Counted from the first letter of the stretch, positions 19,798 to 28,660 are shown. The stretch: DNA of 64,000 bases from Pseudomonadota bacterium (GCA_018240425.1 JAFEFU010000029.1:9460-73459), one strand, 5' to 3'. Numbers and translations: made by a program. Notes: generated by a model not told the origin, from the letters alone.

Positions 19798-20265
19798 TCA
19801 GGGGCGGGTTCCGATGCGATGCTGCAACAATGCCGCAAAGGCCGCGAGTCGCGCGGCATAGCGGCCACGCAACCGGCTGCGCCCCAGCTTCAGCGTCTGC
19901 AGCAGCACCCGCGCCGTCAGGCTTTTCGGCCTGACCTCGAGATCGGCCCACAGCCGCGTGCTCTGGCGCGACAGCGCCGTCAGGCTGAGGATCGCGCGAT
20001 ACTCGAAGCCGCTGCTGCGGCCGCACAGCACCATCCGGCGCGGGTGGTCCAGCTCCTCGATCCGGCTGGTGGCCTCGCGCAGGCGACCGCGGAAGGGAAA
20101 CTCGATCTGCCATTCGGCCCCCGGCCGCAGGCTCCCTTGCCCGTCCAGCCGTTCCAGGCTGACGCCGTGGCGCAGGGACAGGCGCTCGAAATAGCCAAGG
20201 TCGGTCAGCGCGCCGAACACGTCCGGCGCGGCGGCCTCGATGTCGGCGCTCTCAACCAGCCGCAT
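19798..20265 (-). CDS. SRPBCC-superfamily (polyketide cyclase/dehydrase-like) protein
   Basis: 155-aa ORF. The N-terminal pattern ...IEAAAPDVFGALTD...F and the overall length fit SRPBCC. This is a weak family-level call. Confidence 0.55.
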   Translation of the reverse strand: MRLVESADIEAAAPDVFGALTDLGYFERLSLRHGVSLERLDGQGSLRPGAEWQIEFPFRGRLREATSRIEELDHPRRMVLCGRSSGFEYRAILSLTALSRQSTRLWADLEVRPKSLTARVLLQTLKLGRSRLRGRYAARLAAFAALLQHRIGTRP

Positions 20266-20300
20266 GACACCCCCCTTGGTCCCGTCAGGGCTTCATCGCG

Positions 20301-21263
20301 CTAGGCGGCCCGGTCCGCAAGCCAGCATTTCATCAGGTGGCCTGCAATCGCCCCCCGGCGCGGGTGGCGGATCGCAGGATGACGGCCGGCAAACACCTCG
20401 GCCAGCTCCTCACGCGTCAGCCACAGGGCCTGCTCGATCTCGGCAGGGTCGGGGCGGATCTCGTCCGAGAGGGCCTCGGCCGCGCAGCCGATCATCAGCG
20501 AGGCGGGGAAGGGCCAGGGCTGGCTGGCCAGATAGCGCACCCGGCCGACAAGGACCCCGGTTTCCTCGGCCACCTCCCGGCGTACCGCGCCCTCGATCGT
20601 CTCGCCCGGCTCCATGAACCCCGCCAGCAGCGAGAACATCCCTTCGGGCCAGCCCGGAGAACGCCCGAGCAAGAGCCGATTGCCGCGCGTCACCAGCATG
20701 ATGACGACCGGATCGGTGCGGGGGAAATGGTGGGCGCCGCAGGCCGGACAGGTCCGCTGCCAGCCGCCGGCGGTGATACGGCTTGGGCTGCCGCAGCAGG
20801 CGCAATGGCCGTGGGTGGCGTGCCAGCCCGTCAGTGCCCGGGCCGTCGCCAGCACCTCGGCATCGCCCGGATCAAGAAGGCCGAGCAGCGCCCTAAGCTC
20901 GACAAAGGCCGCGTCCCCGCCGATCAGCGGGTGCGGCCAGGCGCGGTCGTCGGCGAACCCGGGCCGGTCACGCATCTCGCCGCCCGCCTCGCTGCCGGCC
21001 CAGTCGGGAATCGTGGCGCAAAACAGCGCCGCGCCGCCGCTCAGCCCCAGGAACAGCCGCTCGCCCACACCGGCAAACAGCGGGTGCGCAGCCGGCAGGA
21101 GCCCCGCCCTATCCCCGCGAAACAGCGGTCGGCCCCGCCAGAGCGGCAGGCACATGGCCCCTTCGCCGCCCCAGAGAGCCGCCAGCGCCGCCGGATCGTT
21201 TCGCATCCCGCCGGCGCGGTCCAGACCGCTTGCCGCGAAGGTTACCGCCGGATCGCCATGCAT
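20301..21263 (-). CDS. nudC: NAD+ diphosphatase (NADH pyrophosphatase), Nudix with zinc ribbon
   Basis: CACCGSP....CPACGAHHFPRTDPVVI zinc ribbon followed by the Nudix box GFMEPGETIEGAVRREVAEETGV. The start was moved to the ATG at 21263. Confidence 0.88.
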   Translation of the reverse strand: MHGDPAVTFAASGLDRAGGMRNDPAALAALWGGEGAMCLPLWRGRPLFRGDRAGLLPAAHPLFAGVGERLFLGLSGGAALFCATIPDWAGSEAGGEMRDRPGFADDRAWPHPLIGGDAAFVELRALLGLLDPGDAEVLATARALTGWHATHGHCACCGSPSRITAGGWQRTCPACGAHHFPRTDPVVIMLVTRGNRLLLGRSPGWPEGMFSLLAGFMEPGETIEGAVRREVAEETGVLVGRVRYLASQPWPFPASLMIGCAAEALSDEIRPDPAEIEQALWLTREELAEVFAGRHPAIRHPRRGAIAGHLMKCWLADRAA

Positions 21264-21456
21264 CGTCCACCTGTCCTGCCGCGCCCGCCAAACATAACCG
21301 ATGGCGCAGCCGGGGCCAGAGGTGTTGCAGGCACAACCACAAGACGAAAAATGATTGCGCCCACCGATCACAAGATGGGCATCGGACCTTGTCCCGGCTA
21401 CGATCGGACCCAGGCGGCGGCCCGGTCCGGCCGCGCGCCCGCGGGGAACGGCAGAC

Positions 21457-23394
21457 GTGGAACAGGGCGACGAAGACAGGATCGCACGGCCGGAAGCCCC
21501 GGCGGGGCGCTTCCATTTGCGGCTGATGGCGACGACCGACCTGCACGCGCGCCTCCTGCCCTACTGCTATGCGCAGGACCGGCCGCTGCCCTCGGTCGGG
21601 CTGGCGCGCACCGCCACCCTGATCAGGACTGCAAGGGCCGAGGCCGAGAACGCGCTTCTCCTCGACAATGGCGACTTCCTCGAAGGCGACCTTCTGGGCG
21701 AGCGCCAGCGGCTTGGCGGCCGCGGTCCGCTTGCCGCCTGCCATCCGGTGATCGCGGCGATGAACCTTGCGGGCTATGACGCCGCGACGATCGGCAACCA
21801 CGACTTCAGCTTCGGGGTCGAGTTCCTGGCCCGCGCGATAGGCGGCGCGTCCTTTCCGGTGGTCTCGGCCAATGCCCTTCGCCATCGCGGCGCCGATCCG
21901 CATGGCGACCATCCCTTCCTGCCGCCGGTCGCGCTCCTCCGGCGCCGGCTGGTGAACCGGGCCGGGCAGGAGGCCGCGATCGCCGTCGGCGTCATCGGCC
22001 TTCTGCCGCCGCAGGTCGAACAGTGGGAGCGCCGCGCCCTGGCCGGCCGCATCGTCACCCGCGACATCCTCGAGACCGCCTGCCACTGGGTGCCGCGGCT
22101 GAGGGAGATGGGCGCCGATCTGGTCGTGGCCCTTTGTCATTCCGGCATCGGCGACGGCGCGGCCCGGCCCGGCCTCGAGAACGCCGCGGTTCCGCTGGCC
22201 GCCCTTCCGGGGATCGACGCGGTCATCGCCGGCCACACCCACGGCCTCTTTCCGTCGCCGGATGCCGGCATTCCGCCCGGTCTGGACCCGGCCATCGACC
22301 CGGTGCGGGGCAGCCTGCACGGCAAGCCCGCGGTGATGGCCGGACACTGGGGATCGCACCTGGGACTGATCGACCTGACCCTCGACCGCGCGGCGGACGG
22401 CTGGCGCGTCACCGGCTTCGCCACCAGCCTGCGCGCCATCGCCGCACCCGCAGCCGGCTACCGGATCCGGGCGCTGGTCGCCACCGATCCCGGCCTGCGC
22501 AGCCTTCTCCGCCAGAGCCACAGGGATACCCTGCGCGCCATCCGCCGGCCGGTCGGCCACAGCCCGCGCCCGTTGCACAGCTACTTCGCGCGGATCGAGC
22601 CGTCCGCCGCCCTTTCCCTGATCCACGCGGCGCAACTGTCGTGGCTGGACCGCGCGGCACAGGGCGGCCCCCACGCCCACCTGCCGCGCGTTTCGGCGGC
22701 CAGCCCGGTCAAGTCGGGCGGGCGCGGCGGCCCGGCCTTCTTCACCGACATTCCGGCGGGCGAGCTGGCGCTGCGCCACATCAGCGACCTTTACGCCTTT
22801 CCCAACACCGCCTGCGCCGTCCTTGCCACCGGCGCCACGCTGCGCAACTGGCTCGAACGGTCCGCAGCCCAGTTCGCCCGCCTGACCGCGGGTGTGACCG
22901 ACCAGCCCCTCTTCGACCCCGCCATGCCTGCCTACAATTTCGACACGATCGCCGGCCTGAGCTATGCGATCGACCTCATGGCTGCGCCCCGCTTCGCCGC
23001 GGACGGCCAGCCCCTTCCGGGCGCAGAGGGCCGCATCCGCGATCTGGCCTTCGACGGCGCGCCGCTGGACGACGCGACAACGTTCCTGGTCGCCACCAAC
23101 AATTACCGCGCCACCGGCGGCGGCGGCTTTCCCGGCCTCGGATCCGGCGCCCCGGCGATCGACAGCGCCGCCTGCCTGCGCGACATCCTTCATGCCCACA
23201 TTGCCGCCGGCGGCGCGGCCGGGCCTGCGGCGGCGGCCCCTTCCTGGCGCCTGTTGCCGCTGCCCCCGGGGACCGCCGCCTGGTTCGACACCGGCCCCGC
23301 CGCCACGGCCCACCTGCACGAACTGACCGAGACCCCGGCCCGCCCTCTCGGCTCCGCCGCCGAGGGCTTCCTGCGCTGCCGGATCGGCGGCTAG
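21457..23394 (+). CDS. bifunctional 2',3'-cyclic-nucleotide phosphodiesterase/3'-nucleotidase-like metallophosphoesterase (5'-nucleotidase family)
   Basis: LRLMATTDLHARL, LLLDNGDFLEGD, GNHDF and AGHTH metallophosphatase motifs plus a 5'-nucleotidase C-terminal domain. No signal peptide is evident. The start is uncertain (GTG at 21457 after GGGGAA; the track uses the TTG at 21355). The TAG stop lies inside the IS481 target duplication. Confidence 0.85.
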   Translation: MEQGDEDRIARPEAPAGRFHLRLMATTDLHARLLPYCYAQDRPLPSVGLARTATLIRTARAEAENALLLDNGDFLEGDLLGERQRLGGRGPLAACHPVIAAMNLAGYDAATIGNHDFSFGVEFLARAIGGASFPVVSANALRHRGADPHGDHPFLPPVALLRRRLVNRAGQEAAIAVGVIGLLPPQVEQWERRALAGRIVTRDILETACHWVPRLREMGADLVVALCHSGIGDGAARPGLENAAVPLAALPGIDAVIAGHTHGLFPSPDAGIPPGLDPAIDPVRGSLHGKPAVMAGHWGSHLGLIDLTLDRAADGWRVTGFATSLRAIAAPAAGYRIRALVATDPGLRSLLRQSHRDTLRAIRRPVGHSPRPLHSYFARIEPSAALSLIHAAQLSWLDRAAQGGPHAHLPRVSAASPVKSGGRGGPAFFTDIPAGELALRHISDLYAFPNTACAVLATGATLRNWLERSAAQFARLTAGVTDQPLFDPAMPAYNFDTIAGLSYAIDLMAAPRFAADGQPLPGAEGRIRDLAFDGAPLDDATTFLVATNNYRATGGGGFPGLGSGAPAIDSAACLRDILHAHIAAGGAAGPAAAAPSWRLLPLPPGTAAWFDTGPAATAHLHELTETPARPLGSAAEGFLRCRIGG

Positions 23395-23395
23395 A
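23390..23395. repeat. left copy of 6-bp target-site duplication GCTAGA
   Basis: Identical hexamer at 24407-24412. It fits the NCTAGN target preference known for IS481. Confidence 0.8.
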
Positions 23396-24406
23396 TGTTT
23401 GATCCCACGGTTTGATGGTGCGATCCTTTCGTCAGAATGGAAGGATGCCCTATGGGACAAGTTCGTCACGGCAGCGCCACGACCACGCACGCTGTCCGAG
23501 CAGCAATACAGCGATCGCAGGCTTCGCTCGCGCAGTTGAGCCGTGAGTTGGGGATCAACCCGAAGACGGTCGCCAAGTGGCGGAAGCGCGAGACCGTGGA
23601 GGATCGCAAGACCGGTCCGCAGGAGCCGCGGTCCACTGTCTTGACCGAAGCCGAGGAGGCAATGGTGGTTGCCTTCCGGCGTCACACGCTGTTGCCGCTG
23701 GACGATTGCCTCTATGCGCTGCAGCCGACAATCCCGCACCTGACGCGGTCGGCATTGCATCGCTGCCTGCAACGTCATGGCATCTCTCGGCTACCGGACG
23801 TCGGGGGCGACAAACCCAAACGGCAGCGGTTCAAACGCTACCCCATCGGCTTCTTTCACATCGACATCGCGGAAGTGCAGACGGCGGAAGGCAAGCTCTA
23901 CCTCTTCGTGGCCATCGACCGGACCAGCAAGTTCGCCGTCGCCCAACTCGTTGAAAAGGCCGACAGGCGCACCGCCTGGGAGTTCCTGCAGCACATGCTC
24001 GAAGCGGTCCCCTACCAAGCCCATACCATCCTGACCGACAACGGCATCCAGTTCGCCGAGCAGCCGCGGAACCGGAACACCATCTACTCCCGGCCGATGC
24101 GCTTCGACATGATCTGCGAGGCCAACGGGATCGAGCATCGCCTGACCAAGCCCAATCACCCGTGGACCAACGGCCAGGTCGAGCGGATGAACCGCACGAT
24201 CAAGGAGGCAACGGTAAAGCGCTACCACTACGACGACCATGACCAGCTGCGCAGCCACCTCGCCGACTTCCTCGCAGCCTACAACTTCGCGCGCCGGCTC
24301 AAGACTCTCAGCGGCCTCACCCCATACGAATACATCTGCAAAATCTGGACTTCAGAGCCAGATCGATTCATCCTCGACCCGATCCACCAGATGCCGGGAC
24401 TGAACA
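23396..24406 (+). mobile_element. IS481-family insertion sequence (about 1011 bp)
   Basis: Bounded by GCTAGA direct repeats. The imperfect terminal inverted repeats are TGTTTGATCCC (left) and TGTTCAGTCCC (reverse complement of the right end). The element carries a single DDE transposase ORF. Confidence 0.85.
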
Positions 24407-24411
24407 GCTAG
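23437..24411 (+). CDS. IS481-family transposase (HTH plus rve integrase core)
   Basis: 324-aa ORF with an N-terminal HTH (LSRELGINPKTVAKWRKR). The DDE core is visible in FHIDIAEV, ILTDNGIQF, HPWTNGQVERMNRTIK and the C-terminal LSGLTPYE. The stop codon TAG (24409-24411) lies in the right target duplication. Confidence 0.93.
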   Translation: MEGCPMGQVRHGSATTTHAVRAAIQRSQASLAQLSRELGINPKTVAKWRKRETVEDRKTGPQEPRSTVLTEAEEAMVVAFRRHTLLPLDDCLYALQPTIPHLTRSALHRCLQRHGISRLPDVGGDKPKRQRFKRYPIGFFHIDIAEVQTAEGKLYLFVAIDRTSKFAVAQLVEKADRRTAWEFLQHMLEAVPYQAHTILTDNGIQFAEQPRNRNTIYSRPMRFDMICEANGIEHRLTKPNHPWTNGQVERMNRTIKEATVKRYHYDDHDQLRSHLADFLAAYNFARRLKTLSGLTPYEYICKIWTSEPDRFILDPIHQMPGLNS

Positions 24412-24412
24412 A
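24407..24412. repeat. right copy of 6-bp target-site duplication GCTAGA
   Basis: Identical to 23390-23395. Confidence 0.8.
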
Positions 24413-24610
24413 CGCCGCCACACCCCATCGCGCCTCCCATCGCGCCTGTTGCATTTCCCGCCGGATCACCCTATGTCCGCCCCCGAGAGGTTGGCGCGGG
24501 CAGGCGCCTCGCCAACCCGGTCAGGTCCGGAAGGAAGCAGCCGTAACGAGCCCCGCTTGGGTCGTTGTCCAGCCTCTCACCTTTCCCCGCCCCGTCCTGT
24601 GCCGCCGGAC

Positions 24611-25531
24611 TCAGCCCGACCAGGCGGCACCCGCGCCTCCGGCGAGAAATCCGTCCGAGAGCCGGTGGCCGGGAAGCAGCGCCCGCAGCGTGCCCTCGGC
24701 CTCGCCCGCTGTCCGCCGTCCGGCCAGCGCCTCGGCATACTCGGTGCAGACGGCGGCGAAATCGCCGGAATGGGGCGACAGGCGCAGGCTGCCCACTCCG
24801 GCATTGGCCAGCGGCCCGAGCCAGCGCAGGGCGCTGGCGGTGGTCTGGCTCAGCGTCTGGACCCCGTTCACGGTCAGGAACCGCTGCCCGTCCAGCGTGT
24901 CGACGTCGCGCCCGTCGGCATCCTCGCCGCAGACGAACTGGCAACTGTCCTTGGCCCGGTCGTGAAGGCGCGCATGATAGCAGCGCCCCGAGATCGCCAG
25001 GGGCACCCTTCCGTGGCCCCAGACCTCGACGGCGACTCCTTCGGCGCGCCCGGCCTCGGCGAGGACCGCGACCGAAGCCAGCGGCAGTTCCGGCGGCAGG
25101 CAGATGCGCCGCGCGCCCCTTCCGGCCAGCCAGCGCAGGGTGCCCTCGTTGTAGACATTGACCATCGGACCGACCCAGAAGGATGCCCCCTCCGGCACGA
25201 GGCGCAGCGCCGAAAGGTCGTTGACCTCGACCGGCAGGCCCATGTCCATCAGGTCGGCGGTCAGGCGCCGCTCGCGCTTCAGGGTGATGAGGGCGAGCGT
25301 GGTCAGCGCCACATCCTTGCCCGCCTGGCGCAGCCGGTCGATGGCCAGAGGGATTTCGCCCTGCCAGAAGGGCAGCCGCTTCGAGCAGACCCACTCGCCG
25401 ATCACCACCCGTGCGACCGGTGCTGCGGACATCCGCTCGTAGAAGTCGCGCACCCCGGCCGCGGGCCAGAAGAAGGGGTTGGGTCCGACCGTCAGGTCGA
25501 TCGCGGCCGGGCCGACGGCATTGTGGGCCAT
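24611..25531 (-). CDS. ubiV: U32-family protein UbiV (O2-independent ubiquinone biosynthesis)
   Basis: Motif-level match to E. coli UbiV/YhbV: VGPNPFFWP, GEWVCSKR, LTTLALI, GRVPLAISGRCYHARLHDRAKDSCQFVC, SLRLSPH. Confidence 0.88.
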   Translation of the reverse strand: MAHNAVGPAAIDLTVGPNPFFWPAAGVRDFYERMSAAPVARVVIGEWVCSKRLPFWQGEIPLAIDRLRQAGKDVALTTLALITLKRERRLTADLMDMGLPVEVNDLSALRLVPEGASFWVGPMVNVYNEGTLRWLAGRGARRICLPPELPLASVAVLAEAGRAEGVAVEVWGHGRVPLAISGRCYHARLHDRAKDSCQFVCGEDADGRDVDTLDGQRFLTVNGVQTLSQTTASALRWLGPLANAGVGSLRLSPHSGDFAAVCTEYAEALAGRRTAGEAEGTLRALLPGHRLSDGFLAGGAGAAWSG

Positions 25532-25534
25532 GTC

Positions 25535-26512
25535 CTACCTCCAGGTCTTGGCATAGGCGCCGGTGGTCGCTGCCTGGCCCTCGGTCAGGCCCAGAAGGGC
25601 GGCCTCGGGCAGGGGGCGCCCCGCCGCGACCGCCTCGACCGCGGCGCGGAAATTCCTCACTACCTCGGCGACATAGGCGCGGCTGCGCTGGCGGCCCTCG
25701 ATCTTCAGCGCCGACACCCCGGCCCTGGCCAGCGCCGGGATCACCCGCGTGGCATCAAGGCTGACCGGATCCTCGAAGATATGGCCGGTCTGCTCGCCCG
25801 AGGTGAAGCAGCCCTTGCAGAGCGTCGGGTAGGGCGCGGGCTGACCCTTCGGCGTGCGGTGGATGGTGAAGCCGCCGAGCCGGGCCACGGTCTCGCCCGC
25901 TTCCCCGGAATAGGCGACGTGACTGGCCGGCGAGCAGACGCCGTTCATGTTGGGCGACTGGCCGGTGGCATAGGACGACAGAGAACAGCGCCCCTCGGCC
26001 ATCACGCACAGGCCGCCGAAGACGAAGACCTCGGTCTCCACGTCGATCTCGCGGTTGATGGCGGCGATCTCCTCGACGGTCAGGACGCGCGGCAGGACGA
26101 CGCGGCGGACGCCGAAGGCCTCGGCATAGAGGTTGATCGCATCGGGGTTGGCGGCGGCGGCCTGGACCGACAGGTGCAGGCGCTGGCCGGGATGGCGGTC
26201 GGCGGCGTGGGCCAAGAGCCCCGGGTCGGCCAGGATCAGCGCGTCGGCCCCGGCGTGCGAGGCGTCGGCGACCGCACGGTGCCAGATCGCCTCGTCGCCG
26301 GCGCGCGGAAAGGTGTTGATGGCAACCAGAACCTTGACGCCGCGGACATGGGCATGGGCGATGCCCTCGGCCATCTCCTCGCGGCTGAAGTTCAGGCCGG
26401 GGAAGTTGCGCGCGTTGGTCTCGTCGGCAAAACCGCAATAGACGGCATGGGCGCCGGCCTCGACCGCGGCGCGGAGCGCGGCCGGGGTGCCAGCCGGGCA
26501 GACCAGTTCCAT
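25535..26512 (-). CDS. ubiU: U32-family protein UbiU (O2-independent ubiquinone biosynthesis)
   Basis: MELVCPAG..L.AAVEAGA.AVY.G..D.TNARNF.GLNF, LCVMAEGRCSLSSY.TG.SPN..G.CSP, YPTLCKG and KIEGRQRS match E. coli UbiU/YhbU. The ATG at 26512 overlaps the ubiT stop (TGATG). Confidence 0.9.
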   Translation of the reverse strand: MELVCPAGTPAALRAAVEAGAHAVYCGFADETNARNFPGLNFSREEMAEGIAHAHVRGVKVLVAINTFPRAGDEAIWHRAVADASHAGADALILADPGLLAHAADRHPGQRLHLSVQAAAANPDAINLYAEAFGVRRVVLPRVLTVEEIAAINREIDVETEVFVFGGLCVMAEGRCSLSSYATGQSPNMNGVCSPASHVAYSGEAGETVARLGGFTIHRTPKGQPAPYPTLCKGCFTSGEQTGHIFEDPVSLDATRVIPALARAGVSALKIEGRQRSRAYVAEVVRNFRAAVEAVAAGRPLPEAALLGLTEGQAATTGAYAKTWR

Positions 26513-27045
26513 CACCATGCCCGTCCCTCCTCTGCGACCCGGCGCAGCCGGTAGCCGGTCAACCGTTCGGCAAGGCCCGCGAACCGGACCAGCGGTGCCG
26601 CCGGGCAGCCGCCGATCGCGGCAAGTTCGGCGCTCAGGTCCAGTTCGGCATCGTCCAGCGCATTGCGCAGGGCAAGGACCGCGCCGGTATCGCCCTCGAT
26701 CGCCAGGTCGCCCGAGAAGAACAGCGCATCACCGTCCGCCGCCCCGTGCAGCATGGCCAGAAAGGCAGCCAGCAACCCGGTGATCCGGGCATCATGGGCG
26801 GGCGGGCGGCTGCGCCGGTGCGCGGTCATCCGGCCCTCCTCGGGGTGCAGCAGCAAGAGGACGGGCGCATCGGTCACATCCATCAGCACGCGCGCCCGCG
26901 CATGGGGGCCGAGTCGGCGAAGGATTCCGGGATGGCGGGCCGTCAGGCGCCGCGTCAGCGCCGTCAGCGCCAAGGACAGGGGAGTGAGCGGCAGCGGCCG
27001 GGCGGCAAGGGCCAGCGCGCGCGGCAAGCGGGGCATTGCGGTCAT
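26512..27045 (-). CDS. ubiT: SCP2-domain lipid-binding protein UbiT
   Basis: DGDALFFSGDLAIEGDTGAVLALRNALDDAELD matches the YhbT/UbiT SCP2 core. The ATG at 27045 is preceded by GGAGG with a 5-nt spacer. The track start at 27051 is a GTG. Confidence 0.85.
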   Translation of the reverse strand: MTAMPRLPRALALAARPLPLTPLSLALTALTRRLTARHPGILRRLGPHARARVLMDVTDAPVLLLLHPEEGRMTAHRRSRPPAHDARITGLLAAFLAMLHGAADGDALFFSGDLAIEGDTGAVLALRNALDDAELDLSAELAAIGGCPAAPLVRFAGLAERLTGYRLRRVAEEGRAW

Positions 27046-27095
27046 CTGCACCTCCGGGGTGGTGCCCTTGCTACGCCACCCTCGCCGCCCCCGAA

Positions 27096-27109
27096 TTGAT
27101 TTATATCAA
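27096..27109. promoter_or_regulatory. perfect FNR/CRP-family anaerobox TTGAT-N4-ATCAA
   Basis: The sequence ttgat ttat atcaa is read directly. It sits in the only AT-rich patch of the ubiT/ubiD divergent intergenic region. Its centre is about 57.5 nt from the ubiT ATG and about 58.5 nt from the proposed ubiD start. Confidence 0.75.
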
Positions 27110-27160
27110 GATCAGCCACCGGACCGGCTGCTACACAGGCGCCAGACTCGGAGTCCCGCC

Positions 27161-28660
27161 ATTCGCAGCCTGCCCGCCTTCCCCGACCTGCGCGCCCTCC
27201 TCGGCTGGTCCGAGGCCCGGGGCGACCTCCTGCGCCTGTCCGACCGGGTTGCGGTCCGCCACGAGATGACGGCCGTGCAGCTGGCGGCCCTGCGGGCAGG
27301 CGGGCCGATCCTGCGCTTTGACGCGGCCGTGGCCGACGATGGGGGCGCCGCTACCATGCCGGTCATCGCCAACCTGTTCGGCACAAGGGCGCGGGTCGCG
27401 GCGGGCCTTGGGCTGGCGCCCGGCGACGTTGCGGCCTTCGGCGAGTTCCTGGCGGCGCTGCGCAGCCCCGCGCCGGTGGCTGGCGCCCGCGACGCTCTGT
27501 CGCGCTGGCCGATGCTGAAGGCGGCGCTGGCCACCCGGCCCCGGCTGGTCAGCCGCGCCCCGGTCCAGGAGGTCGGCGCCGGACCCGACCTGTCGGCCCT
27601 GCCGGTGCAGACCCCCTGGCCTGGCGATGCCGGGCCCCTGGTCACCTGGCCGGTCGTCGTCACCCGCCCGCAGGGGTCCGAGCCACCGCAGACGGCGGCC
27701 TACAACCTCGGCGTCTACCGCGCACAGGTGATCGGCCGCGACCGGCTGATCCTGCGCTGGCTTGCCCACCGCGGCGGCGCGGCCCACGCCCGCACCTGGG
27801 CGCGGGCGGGGCAGGCGATGCCGGTGGCGATCGCGCTTGGCGCCGATCCCGCGACGCTGCTTGCCGCAGCGCTGCCCCTGCCCGAAACCCTGTCCGAGGT
27901 GGCCTTTTCCGGCGTCCTGCGCGGCGCGCGGACCGAGCTGACCGCCGCGCGGACCGTCCCCCTTCTGGTCCCCGCGCGGTCTGAGATCGTGATCGAGGGC
28001 TGGGTCCACCCCGGCGACATGGCGCCGGAAGGCCCGTTCGGCGACCACACCGGCTATTACAACGCCGCCGAACCCTTCCCGGTCATGCGGGTCAGCGCCG
28101 TGACCCACCGGCGCGACCCCCTGTATCTGACCACCGTGACCGGGCGCCCGCCGGACGAGCCTTCGGTCATCGCCGAGGTCTTCAACGACCTCGCCCTGCC
28201 GGTGATCCGCACCCAGATCCCCGAGGTGCGCGACCTGTGGCTGCCGCCCGCCGCCTGTTCCTACCGCATCGCCGTCGTGCAGATCGCCAAGCGCTATCCC
28301 GGCCAGGCCCGGCGGGTGATGATGGCGCTCTGGGGGATGCTGCCGCAGTTTTCCTATACCAAGCTGATCGTCACCGTGGACGACGACATCGACGCGCGCA
28401 ACTGGGACGACATCGCCTGGGCGATCGCCACGCGCATGGACCCGGCGCGCGACCTGATGGTGATCGACGACACGCCGATGGACTATCTCGACTTCGCCTC
28501 GCCGCGCGAGGGGCTGGCCGGCAAGCTGGGGGTCGACGCCACGACCAAGATCGGCGCGGAAACCGCGCGCGACTGGGGCCAGGTCATGGCGCTTGATCCG
28601 GCGCACGAGGCGCGCGCCGCCGAAATCCTGGCGCGCCACCTGCCAGCGAGGGCGGCATGA
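27161..28660 (+). CDS. ubiD: UbiD-family (4-hydroxy-3-polyprenylbenzoate) decarboxylase
   Basis: FPDLRALLGWSEARGDLLRL..., LRAGGPILRF, GPFGDHTGYY and later segments parallel E. coli UbiD from about residue 5. No ATG/GTG/TTG is available in frame, so I propose ATT at 27161 (GGAG 7 nt upstream) or CTG at 27170. The stop overlaps the ubiX start (ATGA). Confidence 0.88.
   Translation: MRSLPAFPDLRALLGWSEARGDLLRLSDRVAVRHEMTAVQLAALRAGGPILRFDAAVADDGGAATMPVIANLFGTRARVAAGLGLAPGDVAAFGEFLAALRSPAPVAGARDALSRWPMLKAALATRPRLVSRAPVQEVGAGPDLSALPVQTPWPGDAGPLVTWPVVVTRPQGSEPPQTAAYNLGVYRAQVIGRDRLILRWLAHRGGAAHARTWARAGQAMPVAIALGADPATLLAAALPLPETLSEVAFSGVLRGARTELTAARTVPLLVPARSEIVIEGWVHPGDMAPEGPFGDHTGYYNAAEPFPVMRVSAVTHRRDPLYLTTVTGRPPDEPSVIAEVFNDLALPVIRTQIPEVRDLWLPPAACSYRIAVVQIAKRYPGQARRVMMALWGMLPQFSYTKLIVTVDDDIDARNWDDIAWAIATRMDPARDLMVIDDTPMDYLDFASPREGLAGKLGVDATTKIGAETARDWGQVMALDPAHEARAAEILARHLPARAA

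Noticed and set aside
19676-20113. N-terminal extension of the PhoH ORF (487-aa version)
   Set aside because: The extension is Arg/Pro/Ala-rich, overlaps the SRPBCC gene on the same strand, and is not part of PhoH-family proteins. A TTG preceded by GGAGAG at 19675 gives a normal-length PhoH.
21109-23778. 889-aa minus-strand ORF spanning the phosphodiesterase gene and part of the IS
   Set aside because: It is antisense to a well-supported metallophosphoesterase gene. The translation is Arg/Gly/Ala/Pro-rich with no motifs. This is a typical open shadow frame in high-GC DNA.
24424-24447. 12-nt tandem duplication cccatcgcgcct x2 just outside the IS481 right end
   Set aside because: It is short and non-coding with no obvious structure. 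It is most simply a slippage duplication, and no link to the IS ends could be shown.
26663-27160. N-terminal 166 codons of the 665-aa track ORF for UbiD
   Set aside because: This part is antisense to ubiT and crosses the FNR-box promoter region. UbiD homology only starts near 27161.
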